A stretch of DNA of 64,000 nt from an uncultured Eubacteriales bacterium (GCA_902789675.1 CADAPG010000002.1:10327-74326), one strand, 5' to 3'; positions 54,145-63,187 are shown, counted from the first letter of the stretch. The notes: generated from the letters alone by a model not told the origin. Translations and numbers: made by a program.

Positions 54145-55684
54145 CAGAACCTATTACCGCGCCGCATTGGAATGCGCGCTTTTGGACGGGACCGCATTGG
54201 AGGAACGCATCAATGAACGCATTGCGACCCTCCCGAAGCGCAGAGAAGTACGCGTCCGCATGCCGAAACGCCTGATCATCGCGCTCGTCGCAGCTGCGAT
54301 CCTGCTTTTCTCCTCGGTTGCCGTCGCAGCGACCGTCCTGCGGAACAAGGCGTTCAAGGAACAGACGAACGCCGTCTTGGACGAAACGATCCATACGGTC
54401 ACACAGCCGATTGATACCGAACGGCACGAAGGCTGGCAGCCGAATCATCTGATCCTGTTCGACAACGTCATGCAGACCAAAGAAGACGTTATGTGTGAGG
54501 TGCCGGACGGCAAGATGCAGCTTGCCGAATTCGGATACGTCGGAAGCGAGGGGATCACGGCGGAATTCTTCTATCGGACGAAGCGCGACACACCCTGCAC
54601 GATTACGGAACTGACCGTGTCGATCGACGGCAACCCCGCGAAGAAAGCGTATCAGGTCAACAGCTTCATCTATGCGGACGATCACTATTGCGGCGAAGCA
54701 TACTTTAAGCAGGACGGCAATCCAATCTGGCCGGGTACGACGTTTGTGTTTGCCGGAAAAGTCAACGGAGCGCCGTTTACGCTGACCTATACGTTTACGG
54801 AGAAGACGTATCAAACCTTGCAGCAGGGGATCGTGGATGCGCTGAACGAGCACAAGGATATCGTGGAGCAGATCCCGGATCAGGGAACGCCGATCGGATA
54901 TCAGGTAAAGAACGATATTCTGACGGAGATCGCGGTCAAGGACAACTGCCTTTATTTCACGATCGCACGCAGTCCGGAGCCGCAGACCTATCCGAGAGGA
55001 CTGGCTTACGATCGATACGACCGCGGGCTTTGGCCGGTGATCGACGGGCATACCGGTCAGTTCTGGTATCTCGGCAACATCGACGCCGAGAACCCGGACG
55101 GCGCTGTCTACTGCACGTATCTGCCGTATGTCGAAGATTCGCTGCCGCAGGAATCGCTGATCTCCGTTTTCGGTATTGTGTTCCGCTATGAATGGCGAAC
55201 GGGAAAAGCGACCGTTCCGCAAAGCGACGTCGAGTATGAAGCCTGGCGCAGGGAGAGCATGGAGCTTTCTGCCTGCTATAACGATGCGGACTGGATCTGG
55301 CAGTTCGATGAAAAGCTCGGCGACGTCCGCGTCACGGATCTCGTATTTCAGACGCATTCCCTGTGGAGCGAGATCGGGATCCTGTTCGAATCGGAGAAAG
55401 GATTCCCGGATGAAGTCGAACCGCCGAAGGTGTACATCAATGGAACGGAGCTAAAGCACATCGGCGAGATCGATCCGTTGACTTCGACGGATTCGTACCT
55501 TCGCTCGGACGGGAAGAAGCTTGCGTACTGCATGGTCGGATATTCGCCGTCGGATCTTGGCGATACATTCACCCTGACCGTCGAATGGGCGGGAAGCAAA
55601 ACGGAGATCACGCTGCAAACATCGGATGTGATCCGTGAAAGAGCGAACGGGATCGAAGCATACAAAGCGGTTTTTTATTATTGA
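54137..55684 (+). CDS. single-pass membrane protein, putative partner of sigma 2 (partner type A, paralogue of 51678-53363)
   Basis: GGAGG RBS 8 nt before ATG 54137, with an 8-nt overlap with the sigma stop. TM helix LIIALVAAAILLFSSVAVAATVL. The ectodomain shares blocks with partner 1 (GTTF..G..NG.PF.L.Y.F, EYxAWRxESMEL, DTFxxTVxWxG). Confidence 0.65.
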   Translation: MNDRTYYRAALECALLDGTALEERINERIATLPKRREVRVRMPKRLIIALVAAAILLFSSVAVAATVLRNKAFKEQTNAVLDETIHTVTQPIDTERHEGWQPNHLILFDNVMQTKEDVMCEVPDGKMQLAEFGYVGSEGITAEFFYRTKRDTPCTITELTVSIDGNPAKKAYQVNSFIYADDHYCGEAYFKQDGNPIWPGTTFVFAGKVNGAPFTLTYTFTEKTYQTLQQGIVDALNEHKDIVEQIPDQGTPIGYQVKNDILTEIAVKDNCLYFTIARSPEPQTYPRGLAYDRYDRGLWPVIDGHTGQFWYLGNIDAENPDGAVYCTYLPYVEDSLPQESLISVFGIVFRYEWRTGKATVPQSDVEYEAWRRESMELSACYNDADWIWQFDEKLGDVRVTDLVFQTHSLWSEIGILFESEKGFPDEVEPPKVYINGTELKHIGEIDPLTSTDSYLRSDGKKLAYCMVGYSPSDLGDTFTLTVEWAGSKTEITLQTSDVIRERANGIEAYKAVFYY

Positions 55685-55739
55685 ACATAACCGGCGAATC
55701 CCGTTATACGGAAAGGGTACGGCCGATCGTGCCCTTTCC

Positions 55740-55769
55740 TGTAACCTTTCGGTCGGTTTTCTGCTCTTA
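55740..55769 (+). promoter_or_regulatory. ECF-type promoter upstream of sigma gene 3
   Basis: TGTAAC (55740-55745), 17 nt, GCTC (55763-55766) then TTA. Confidence 0.45.
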
Positions 55770-55801
55770 ACGGGTGTAAGTACTTACGGAAAGAGAAAAA
55801 G

Positions 55802-56335
55802 ATGAAACAAACCTATTTCGATCGGGTCTATGAATCGACCTACGCAAATCTGATGCAGTACGCGATCGTGCACCTCAGCGATCCGACGGACGCGGAGGAC
55901 GCCGTGCAGGACGTCTATGTGCAGTTCTACCGGCGGATCGAGCGATACGGACGGCTGGACATCCTTTCGCCGGAAGCATTCCTAAAGAAGATGCTGAAGC
56001 GCGAGATCATCAAGCGCTATGCGGAACGGGAACAGCGGCGCGTGCGGGTCGTGTATGACGCGGAGGAAGACCGCATACCGGACGACGAGGTGCTTGAGGA
56101 CGTTGTGATCGACCGCGCGCTTGCGGAGGAGATCTTCCGCGCGGCAAAGGCGCTCCCGCAGGAGACCTACCGCACGTTCGCGCTGTTCTACGGCTTCGAA
56201 CACAAAATCCCGGAGATAGCAAAGGAACTCGGCGTCAGCAAGGAGACGGTCAAGACGCGTCTGCACCGCGCAAGAAATGTGCTGCGTTCGATGCTGGAGA
56301 CCTCGCAGGATCGTCAAGGAAACGGAGAAAACTGA
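55802..56335 (+). CDS. ECF-like sigma-70 family factor (sigma 3, close paralogue of sigma 2)
   Basis: 177 aa. By eye it is roughly two-thirds identical to sigma 2 (YAIVHL.DPTDAEDA.Q.VYV.FYRR.ERYG..DILSPEAFL, DRALAEEIFR.AKALP.E.YRTF). Confidence 0.85.
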   Translation: MKQTYFDRVYESTYANLMQYAIVHLSDPTDAEDAVQDVYVQFYRRIERYGRLDILSPEAFLKKMLKREIIKRYAEREQRRVRVVYDAEEDRIPDDEVLEDVVIDRALAEEIFRAAKALPQETYRTFALFYGFEHKIPEIAKELGVSKETVKTRLHRARNVLRSMLETSQDRQGNGEN

Positions 56336-56336
56336 T

Positions 56337-57728
56337 ATGAAAGAAACGGAAGTATACCGCACGGTATTTCAGCAGACGCTGCTGAACAAAGCGTCTGCAA
56401 AGGAACGCATCGACGAAAGGACGCAGGGCTCGACGCCGGAACGGAAGCATGTCCGCATTTCGCGGCGAACGGCGATCGCGATTGCCGTTGCGGCGGCGCT
56501 GCTGACCGTGGGCTCGGCTGCTGCTGCGACGTCGTTCTTTGCAAGACAAAACTACACCCCGGCGAACTATCTGAATCAGAACGAGGAACAGAGAACGAAG
56601 AACGGCGAGACGATTCCGGATGTGGAACAGGCGCTGAAAGCGGCAAGACCTGCGGACGTCTCCTGCACGATCCGCATGATGCCGGAGATCGACACAAACG
56701 GCGTGATCGCGGGATGGAGAGAGTACATGGGACAGCCGCCGTACAACGAAGCGGACTGGGCGTGGGTCAAGAACCTGAAGCCGACGATCGGCGACGTGAT
56801 CTTCGACGGCAGGGAGCTCTATGTCACAACTCGGATCGAAACCGATCGACCGGAAGTGTTCGAGTGGTACACGGAAACGGACCAGAAGCTGTGGATCGCC
56901 TGTGAGGGAGCGTCCTATACTGCGGAAGGCGACGCCGAATCGCACGCGGTCGCGCTGATCGGCGAAAGTCAGTTTGAACGGATTGACGACGGCGCCATCC
57001 TGGTTCAGGCGCAGGCGGACCTGTCGCGTCCCGAGGATCGGCTTCCCGAGGACGGAATCCTTACCATGACGGAACAGCTGTATGTGGTCGACGCCCGCTG
57101 CGACGATATGCAGCCGACCCGCGCGGCGATCGCGATCATCGACTTCACCTTCACCTTCGACGCGGCGGCAAGCCGGCCGGCAGCCGAAACGCAGCACGTT
57201 TCGATCCCGCTGTCCGGCGAGCATATCGTTACGGTCCATACGTGGAGCGGACCGGATGACTTCACGTACAGCATGACGAATCGCGTTCTGTCGCTCGACG
57301 GCGTCGTGCTCGACGCAAAGATCGAATACCGCCCGGTCGGCGTCTATGTCACGATCGGCGTCAAGGATCTGCCGCCGTCGTGGACGGAGTGGGAGAGGGC
57401 TTCCCTGATACAGGCAATGGATGACGTTAAGATCGACAAGGGCGCCTGCGCGGTCTGCCGTATCAACGGGGAAACGGTTCCGCTCGAGCGGATGAACTAC
57501 GGCTCGAACGATGCGGTGTACCTGCTGCTGCCGATCTATCCGTCGGAGTATGCGGACGTCTCGTCCGTGACGATCGATCTGTTCCTGCAGCGGGTCGTTG
57601 CGGCAAACGGCTCCGAGCCGAGAGACGATTGGTCGTATACGCTGAAGCTCGGCGAATCTATCGACATCAGCGAAACCGCAACGGAACCGCTGACCTCGTT
57701 TACGGTGCCGATCCCGAAAAACAACTGA
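56337..57728 (+). CDS. single-pass membrane protein, putative partner of sigma 3 (partner type B, unrelated ectodomain)
   Basis: ATG 56337 lies 1 nt after the sigma stop. TM helix AIAIAVAAALLTVGSAAAATSFF. The roughly 400-aa ectodomain has no obvious similarity to partners 1 and 2. Confidence 0.6.
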   Translation: MKETEVYRTVFQQTLLNKASAKERIDERTQGSTPERKHVRISRRTAIAIAVAAALLTVGSAAAATSFFARQNYTPANYLNQNEEQRTKNGETIPDVEQALKAARPADVSCTIRMMPEIDTNGVIAGWREYMGQPPYNEADWAWVKNLKPTIGDVIFDGRELYVTTRIETDRPEVFEWYTETDQKLWIACEGASYTAEGDAESHAVALIGESQFERIDDGAILVQAQADLSRPEDRLPEDGILTMTEQLYVVDARCDDMQPTRAAIAIIDFTFTFDAAASRPAAETQHVSIPLSGEHIVTVHTWSGPDDFTYSMTNRVLSLDGVVLDAKIEYRPVGVYVTIGVKDLPPSWTEWERASLIQAMDDVKIDKGACAVCRINGETVPLERMNYGSNDAVYLLLPIYPSEYADVSSVTIDLFLQRVVAANGSEPRDDWSYTLKLGESIDISETATEPLTSFTVPIPKNN

Positions 57729-57742
57729 GTCCGAGAGTACGG

Positions 57743-57769
57743 AAAAGCAGCCCGGTAAAGGCTGCTTTT
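57743..57769 (+). terminator. terminator-like hairpin after the sigma array
   Basis: AAAAGCAGCC-CGGTAAA-GGCTGCTTTT. Confidence 0.55.
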
Positions 57770-57775
57770 CTCCTG

Positions 57776-57817
57776 TAAAAACAATGTCGTCGCAAGCCAT
57801 GTGAGACTTGCGACGAC
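57776..57817 (-). terminator. intrinsic terminator of the minus-strand tRNA-Ser pair
   Basis: 11-bp stem GTCGTCGCAAG / CTTGCGACGAC (57786-57817) followed on the minus strand by ATTGTTTTT. Confidence 0.7.
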
Positions 57818-57818
57818 G

Positions 57819-57911
57819 TGGCGCGGAAAGTGGGATTTGAACCCACGCACGGCTTCAGACCGTCTACTCCCTTAGCAGGGGAGCCCCTTATAGCCACTTG
57901 GGTATTTCCGC
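57819..57911 (-). tRNA. tRNA-Ser (GCT), long variable arm, CCA encoded
   Basis: The reverse complement folds as a cloverleaf with acceptor GCGGAAA/TTTCCGC and anticodon stem-loop CTCCC-CTGCTAA-GGGAG. Confidence 0.9.
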
Positions 57912-57928
57912 GTGCTATATCGAGAAAA

Positions 57929-58016
57929 TGGCGGAGATGGTAGGATTTGAACCCACGGACGCTTTCACGTCAACGGTTTTCAAGACCGCCTCCTTAAGCC
58001 ACTCGGACACATCTCC
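57929..58016 (-). tRNA. tRNA-Ser (TGA), long variable arm, CCA encoded
   Basis: Reverse-complement cloverleaf with acceptor GGAGATG and anticodon loop CTTGAAA. Confidence 0.9.
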
Positions 58017-58029
58017 TCGCGCATTGCGC

Positions 58030-58058
58030 ATTATAACAAATCAAAACCCGAATGTCAA
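58030..58058 (-). promoter_or_regulatory. promoter of the tRNA-Ser pair
   Basis: On the minus strand: TTGACA (58058-58053), 17-nt spacer, TATAAT (58035-58030). Confidence 0.7.
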
Positions 58059-58088
58059 TGCCTTTTTCTTTTGTTTCCGCCGTTGCAC

Positions 58089-58117
58089 TTGATTTCCTGC
58101 GGTTTGCTATGTATAAT
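58089..58117 (+). promoter_or_regulatory. promoter of queA-tgt
   Basis: TTGATT (58089-58094), 17-nt spacer, TATAAT (58112-58117). Confidence 0.6.
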
Positions 58118-58147
58118 ATTATCGAAAATGTATGGAGAGGCGTCCGA

Positions 58148-59173
58148 TTGAAAACCAGCGATTTTTACTATGATCTCCCGAAGGAGCTGATTGCACAGAC
58201 TCCGACCGCGGTGCGCAGCGCGTCGCGGCTTTTGACGTATCATCGCGACACGCGCGAAATCGAGGACGGCGTGTTTACCGATATCCTCGATAAGCTCCGT
58301 CCGACCGACGTGCTTGTACGCAACAACACGCGCGTGATCCCCGCCCGCATCATCGGCGTGCGGGAGGAGACCGGCGGTTCGATGGAATTTCTGCTGCTGC
58401 GCCGCATCGAGGGCGACGACTGGGAATGCCTCTGTAAGCCCGCCAAGCGAGCAAAGCCGGGACTTGTCTACCGCGTAAACGACGAGCTTTCCGTCGAGGT
58501 GATCGGCGATCTTCCGCTCGAAGGCGGCAAGCGTGTGCGGCTCCTCTATGACGGCATCTTCGAGGAGGTGCTCGACCGCGCGGGGCAGATGCCGCTTCCG
58601 CCGTACATCACCGAACGGCTTGAGGACCGCGAACGCTATCAGACGGTCTATTCTAAAACGCTCGGTTCCGCCGCCGCGCCGACCGCGGGACTGCACTTTA
58701 CCGACGAGCTGTTGGATCGGATCCGCGCAAAGGGCGTCCCGATCGTGGACGTTCTGCTGCACGTGGGGCTCGGTACGTTCCGTCCGGTCTCAGTCGAAAA
58801 CGTCGAGGAGCATCACATGCACAGCGAGCATTACGAGGTCACGCAGGAAGCAGCGGACACGATCAACCGCGTGCGAAAAGCGGGCGGCAGGATCGTCTGC
58901 GTCGGCACAACGACGACACGTACGCTCGAAAGCGTCACCGACGACGCGGGCGTCGTGCATCCGGGCATCGGCGAAACGAGCATCTTCATCACGCCGGGCT
59001 ATCGGTTCAAGGCGGTCGACGCGCTGATCACGAACTTTCACCTGCCCGAATCGACGCTTCTGATGCTGGTGTCCGCGCTCTGTTCGCGCGAAGAGATGCT
59101 GGAAGTCTACCGCCACGCCGTGGAACAGCGCTACCGCTTCTTTTCCTTCGGCGACGCCATGTTTATTGAATAA
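58148..59173 (+). CDS. queA: S-adenosylmethionine:tRNA ribosyltransferase-isomerase
   Basis: TTG start at 58148 ([17 protein letters not shown]) with a GGAGAGG RBS. The N-terminus and length (341 aa) are typical of QueA. Confidence 0.9.
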   Translation: MKTSDFYYDLPKELIAQTPTAVRSASRLLTYHRDTREIEDGVFTDILDKLRPTDVLVRNNTRVIPARIIGVREETGGSMEFLLLRRIEGDDWECLCKPAKRAKPGLVYRVNDELSVEVIGDLPLEGGKRVRLLYDGIFEEVLDRAGQMPLPPYITERLEDRERYQTVYSKTLGSAAAPTAGLHFTDELLDRIRAKGVPIVDVLLHVGLGTFRPVSVENVEEHHMHSEHYEVTQEAADTINRVRKAGGRIVCVGTTTTRTLESVTDDAGVVHPGIGETSIFITPGYRFKAVDALITNFHLPESTLLMLVSALCSREEMLEVYRHAVEQRYRFFSFGDAMFIE

Positions 59174-60297
<1,124 letters not shown>

Positions 60298-60298
<1 letters not shown>

Positions 60299-60750
60299 TG
60301 CGCCGTACGATCGAAACCGAAGCCGAAATGCTTGCGCTCGGCGAGAGCGTCGCTTTGCGCTGCGGCAGGCACGGATTCATAGCGCTGTACGGTGATCTCG
60401 GCGCGGGCAAGACCGTGTTCGCGCGCGGCGTGGCGCGGGCGTTCGGGATCGAGCATGTGTCCAGCCCGACGTTCACGATCGTCTGCGAGTACCCGACCGA
60501 ACCGAAGCTCTTTCATTTCGACGCGTACCGCCTTTCGGACGCGGACGAGCTCTTTGCGATCGGATTTCAGGACTATCTTGCCGAAGACGCAATGATCCTG
60601 ATGGAGTGGGCGAATCTTGTGCCCGAAGCGCTGCCCGCGGAACGGCTCGACGTTCTGATCGAGGGCTCCGGCGTCAATGCGCGCACCGTTGCGATCGAGC
60701 CGCACGGCAAGCGGTATGAGGAGGTTTTTCGTGAAGATTCTTGCGTTTGA
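60298..60750 (+). CDS. tsaE: tRNA t6A37 biosynthesis ATPase TsaE
   Basis: The start MRRTIETEAEM overlaps the tgt stop (TGATG). P-loop GDLGAGKT. SPTFT motif. Confidence 0.85.
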
Positions 60751-61318
60751 AACGACCGACGCGGTCGCGTCCGTTGCGCTGCTGCTCGACGGCGAGGTGT
60801 ATGAAACCGTGATCGACACCGACCGGCGGCATGCCGAATCGGTCCTTCCCGCCGCCGAAGCGCTGCTGTCCGCGCACGGATTGCGCACCGTCGACATGGA
60901 CGCGTTTGCCGCGGACGTCGGACCGGGCTCGTTCACAGGCGTGCGCATCGGCGTCTGCATGGCGAACGCTTTGGGCGCCGCGCACAAAAAGCCGGTCGTC
61001 GCGGTCGACGCGCTGGAAACGCTTGCGTACCCGTACCGGAACGAAACGGTCTGCGCGCTGATCGACGCGCGCAACGGTAACGGCTACGGCGCAGTCTATG
61101 AAAACGGCGCGGCAGTTACACCGCCCTGCGCCTGCGTGATCGCCGAGTTTACGTCCGATCTTCCCGCGGATTGCCGCATGACCGGCACGGCGACGGACGA
61201 TCCGAAGCTGCCTTCCGCGGCGAACGTCGCACGGATCGCGGCGGCGCGGACGGGGGAGAAGGAGATCGCCCCGCTCTATTTAAAGCTCTCGCAGGCGGAA
61301 CGGATGTGGAAGGCATGA
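60731..61318 (+). CDS. tsaB: tRNA t6A37 biosynthesis protein TsaB
   Basis: GTG start 60731 after GGAGG. MKILAFETT.. with GPGSFTGVRIG. Confidence 0.85.
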   Translation: MKILAFETTDAVASVALLLDGEVYETVIDTDRRHAESVLPAAEALLSAHGLRTVDMDAFAADVGPGSFTGVRIGVCMANALGAAHKKPVVAVDALETLAYPYRNETVCALIDARNGNGYGAVYENGAAVTPPCACVIAEFTSDLPADCRMTGTATDDPKLPSAANVARIAAARTGEKEIAPLYLKLSQAERMWKA

Positions 61319-61830
61319 TCACGGCGCGGGCAATGACAAAAGCCGACGTCAAGGCGGTCTATGAGATCGAGGTGCTGTCGTTCCGCACGCCCTGGTCGTT
61401 CCGATCGCTGATGGGCGAGCTCAAGAACCGCGTGGCACACTATACCGTTCTCGAGAAGGACGGCGAGCTGATCGGCTACTGCGGCATGTGGGTGATGTTC
61501 GAGGAAGCGCACATCACGAACATTGCGATCCATCCGGCGTTCCGCGGGCACGGATACGGCAAGCAGCTTCTGCACGCGGCAATGCGCGCGGCGGCGTCGT
61601 TCGGCGCGGAGATGATGACGTTGGAGGTCCGCGAGCACAACACGGTCGCGCAGCGCATGTACGACGAAATGGATTTCCTTCAGCAGGGACGCCGCAAACG
61701 CTATTATTCGGATACGGGCGAGGACGCGCTTCTGCTGTGGAACCGCAATATTCTCGAAACGATCGAAAAAAACGCTTGCTTAAATGATACTTATCTGTTA
61801 CAATCGGAAACGTTTCTGAAAGGGGAATGA
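61315..61830 (+). CDS. rimI: ribosomal-protein-alanine N-acetyltransferase (GNAT)
   Basis: ATGA overlap with tsaB. Motif [11 protein letters not shown]. This is the canonical tsaE-tsaB-rimI order. Confidence 0.85.
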   Translation: MITARAMTKADVKAVYEIEVLSFRTPWSFRSLMGELKNRVAHYTVLEKDGELIGYCGMWVMFEEAHITNIAIHPAFRGHGYGKQLLHAAMRAAASFGAEMMTLEVREHNTVAQRMYDEMDFLQQGRRKRYYSDTGEDALLLWNRNILETIEKNACLNDTYLLQSETFLKGE

Positions 61831-62333
61831 TTATGAGTTTATACGAAACATGGCAAAACGTTGCGCAGTCACAGCGCACGCAGGAAGAATACAACGCGTT
61901 CTGGAACACCTACTTTGAGGCGGAGAAGCAGAACTACAAAAAGATCCTCGCAAACCACGAGACGGTCTTTTCCGGCAAGCTTTCGGACGTCGCGGCGCAG
62001 TTCGACATGGATCCGGTCACGTTCACGGGATTCCTGGACGGCGCGAACACGAGCTTCAGGGACGGCGAGAAGGACCTCGATGCGCTCACCGAAGACAGCG
62101 AGATCACGCTGGATTTCGACTTCGACCGGCTGTACATCAACATGCACAACGCGAAGGCGGACTGGCTCTTTAACCTGCCGGAGTGGGAGAACGTCCGTAC
62201 CGAGGAACAGCGCAGAGAGCTTACCAGGCAGTATCGCGCGGAAAAGGTCTTCGTCGCGCCGCCGACGGTCGGCAGAAACGATCCCTGTCCCTGCGGCAGC
62301 GGCAAGAAGTATAAAAAGTGCTGCGGGAAATAA
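61827..62333 (+). CDS. SEC-C motif-containing protein
   Basis: The C-terminal sequence [17 protein letters not shown] is present. The start is either ATG 61827 or ATG 61833 (the latter has better RBS spacing). Confidence 0.75.
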   Translation: MIMSLYETWQNVAQSQRTQEEYNAFWNTYFEAEKQNYKKILANHETVFSGKLSDVAAQFDMDPVTFTGFLDGANTSFRDGEKDLDALTEDSEITLDFDFDRLYINMHNAKADWLFNLPEWENVRTEEQRRELTRQYRAEKVFVAPPTVGRNDPCPCGSGKKYKKCCGK

Positions 62334-62344
62334 TCGAAATAATC

Positions 62345-62373
62345 TTGACAGAACCGGATTCGTCTGTTAAAAT
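62345..62373 (+). promoter_or_regulatory. promoter of the 6-tRNA operon
   Basis: TTGACA (62345-62350), 17-nt spacer, TAAAAT (62368-62373). Confidence 0.7.
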
Positions 62374-62392
62374 ATGAATTCGGAACTGCGAT

Positions 62393-62469
62393 GCGTCTGT
62401 AGCTCAGCAGGATAGAGCAACGGCCTTCTAAGCCGTAGGTCCCGGGTTCGAATCCCTGCAGGCGCGCCA
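62393..62469 (+). tRNA. tRNA-Arg (TCT), CCA encoded
   Basis: Cloverleaf with anticodon stem-loop ACGGC-CTTCTAA-GCCGT. Confidence 0.9.
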
Positions 62470-62528
62470 ACGGCGCATCCCCGGGGGAAACGCCTCGGGG
62501 GTGCGGATTCCTTGCGATGAGCGTACGT

Positions 62529-62606
62529 GGTGGATATAGTTCAGTTGGCTAGAATGCCAGATTGTGGCTCTGGAGGTCGTGGGTTCGAGTCCCACTATCC
62601 ACCCCA
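62529..62606 (+). tRNA. tRNA-His (GTG) with encoded G-1, CCA encoded
   Basis: Cloverleaf with an extra 5' G opposite discriminator C and anticodon loop TTGTGGC. Confidence 0.9.
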
Positions 62607-62649
62607 TTGCTCGTGAGCCGGGCCGAAAGACCCGGCTCAACAGCAACTT

Positions 62650-62724
62650 TGGGGTGTAGCCAAGCGGTAAGGCAACGGACTTTGACTCCGTCATTCGTGC
62701 GTTCAAATCGCGCCACCCCAGCCA
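62650..62724 (+). tRNA. tRNA-Gln (TTG), CCA encoded
   Basis: Cloverleaf with acceptor TGGGGTG and anticodon loop CTTTGAC. Confidence 0.9.
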
Positions 62725-62725
62725 T

Positions 62726-62801
62726 GACCCGTTAGCTCAGTCGGTAGAGCACTTGACTTTTAATCAAGGTGTCCGGGGTTCGAATCCCCGACGGGTCACC
62801 A
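62726..62801 (+). tRNA. tRNA-Lys (TTT), CCA encoded
   Basis: Cloverleaf with anticodon stem-loop CTTGA-CTTTTAA-TCAAG. Confidence 0.9.
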
Positions 62802-62813
62802 TCAGATAGTCAG

Positions 62814-62897
62814 GCGGACGTGGCGGAATTGGCAGACGCGCCGGATTTAGGTTCCGGTGCCATAGGCGTATGAGTTCAAGTCTCTTCGTCCGCACCA
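62814..62897 (+). tRNA. tRNA-Leu (TAG), long variable arm, CCA encoded
   Basis: Cloverleaf with anticodon stem-loop CCGGA-TTTAGGT-TCCGG. Confidence 0.9.
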
Positions 62898-62900
62898 CAT

Positions 62901-62974
62901 GCAGGTATAGTGTAGCGGTAACACATTAGCCTTCCAAGCTGAGATCACGGGTTCGAGTCCCGTTACCTGCTCCA
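62901..62974 (+). tRNA. tRNA-Gly (TCC), CCA encoded
   Basis: Cloverleaf with anticodon loop CTTCCAA. Confidence 0.9.
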
Positions 62975-62976
62975 AC

Positions 62977-63013
62977 AAAAACGCGTGATTTGGTAAACAA
63001 ATCACGCGTTTTT
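62977..63013 (+). terminator. intrinsic terminator of the tRNA operon
   Basis: 11-bp stem ACGCGTGATTT / AAATCACGCGT followed by T-run. Confidence 0.85.
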
Positions 63014-63117
63014 GAATGATGTTTGCCCTGCGGGCAAATGATGTTGCCTGCGGCAATGATGACGCTTCGCTCATGATGCGTGCCTTCGGCACATGGCGGG
63101 CAAACATCGCATCATGG
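63014..63117. repeat. array of three GC mini-hairpins preceded by GATG[TC] plus distal complementary segments (element B, same architecture as 38001-38082)
   Basis: Hairpins are TTTGCCC-TGC-GGGCAAA (63022-63038), TTGCC-TGC-GGCAA (63044-63056) and GTGCC-TTC-GGCAC (63080-63092). GATGT lies at 63018 and 63040, and GATGC at 63075. GGGCAAACATC (63098-63108) is the exact reverse complement of 63018-63028. CGCATCAT (63108-63115) is the exact reverse complement of 63073-63080. Confidence 0.6.
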
Positions 63118-63158
63118 ATCGCGCAGCGATATTGATGAAGACCGTTTTCCGCACACCG

Positions 63159-63187
63159 TTGCGTTCCGACGCGTTTCATGGTATGAT
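63159..63187 (+). promoter_or_regulatory. promoter (extended -10) of the downstream 4Fe-4S membrane protein gene
   Basis: TTGCGT (63159-63164), 17-nt spacer, TGgTATGAT (63179-63187). Confidence 0.55.

Noticed and set aside
58017-58147. preQ1 riboswitch upstream of queA-tgt
   Set aside because: The region is occupied by two divergent promoters and a leader of about 30 nt. No preQ1-type hairpin with an A-rich tail was seen.
57729-58147. tRNA-Ser pair as the attachment site of an integrated element carrying the sigma array (the same was considered for both tRNA operons)
   Set aside because: There is no integrase or recombinase gene and no duplicated tRNA 3' fragment or direct repeat flanking the array. 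The GC content of the sigma modules is the same as in the surrounding housekeeping genes.
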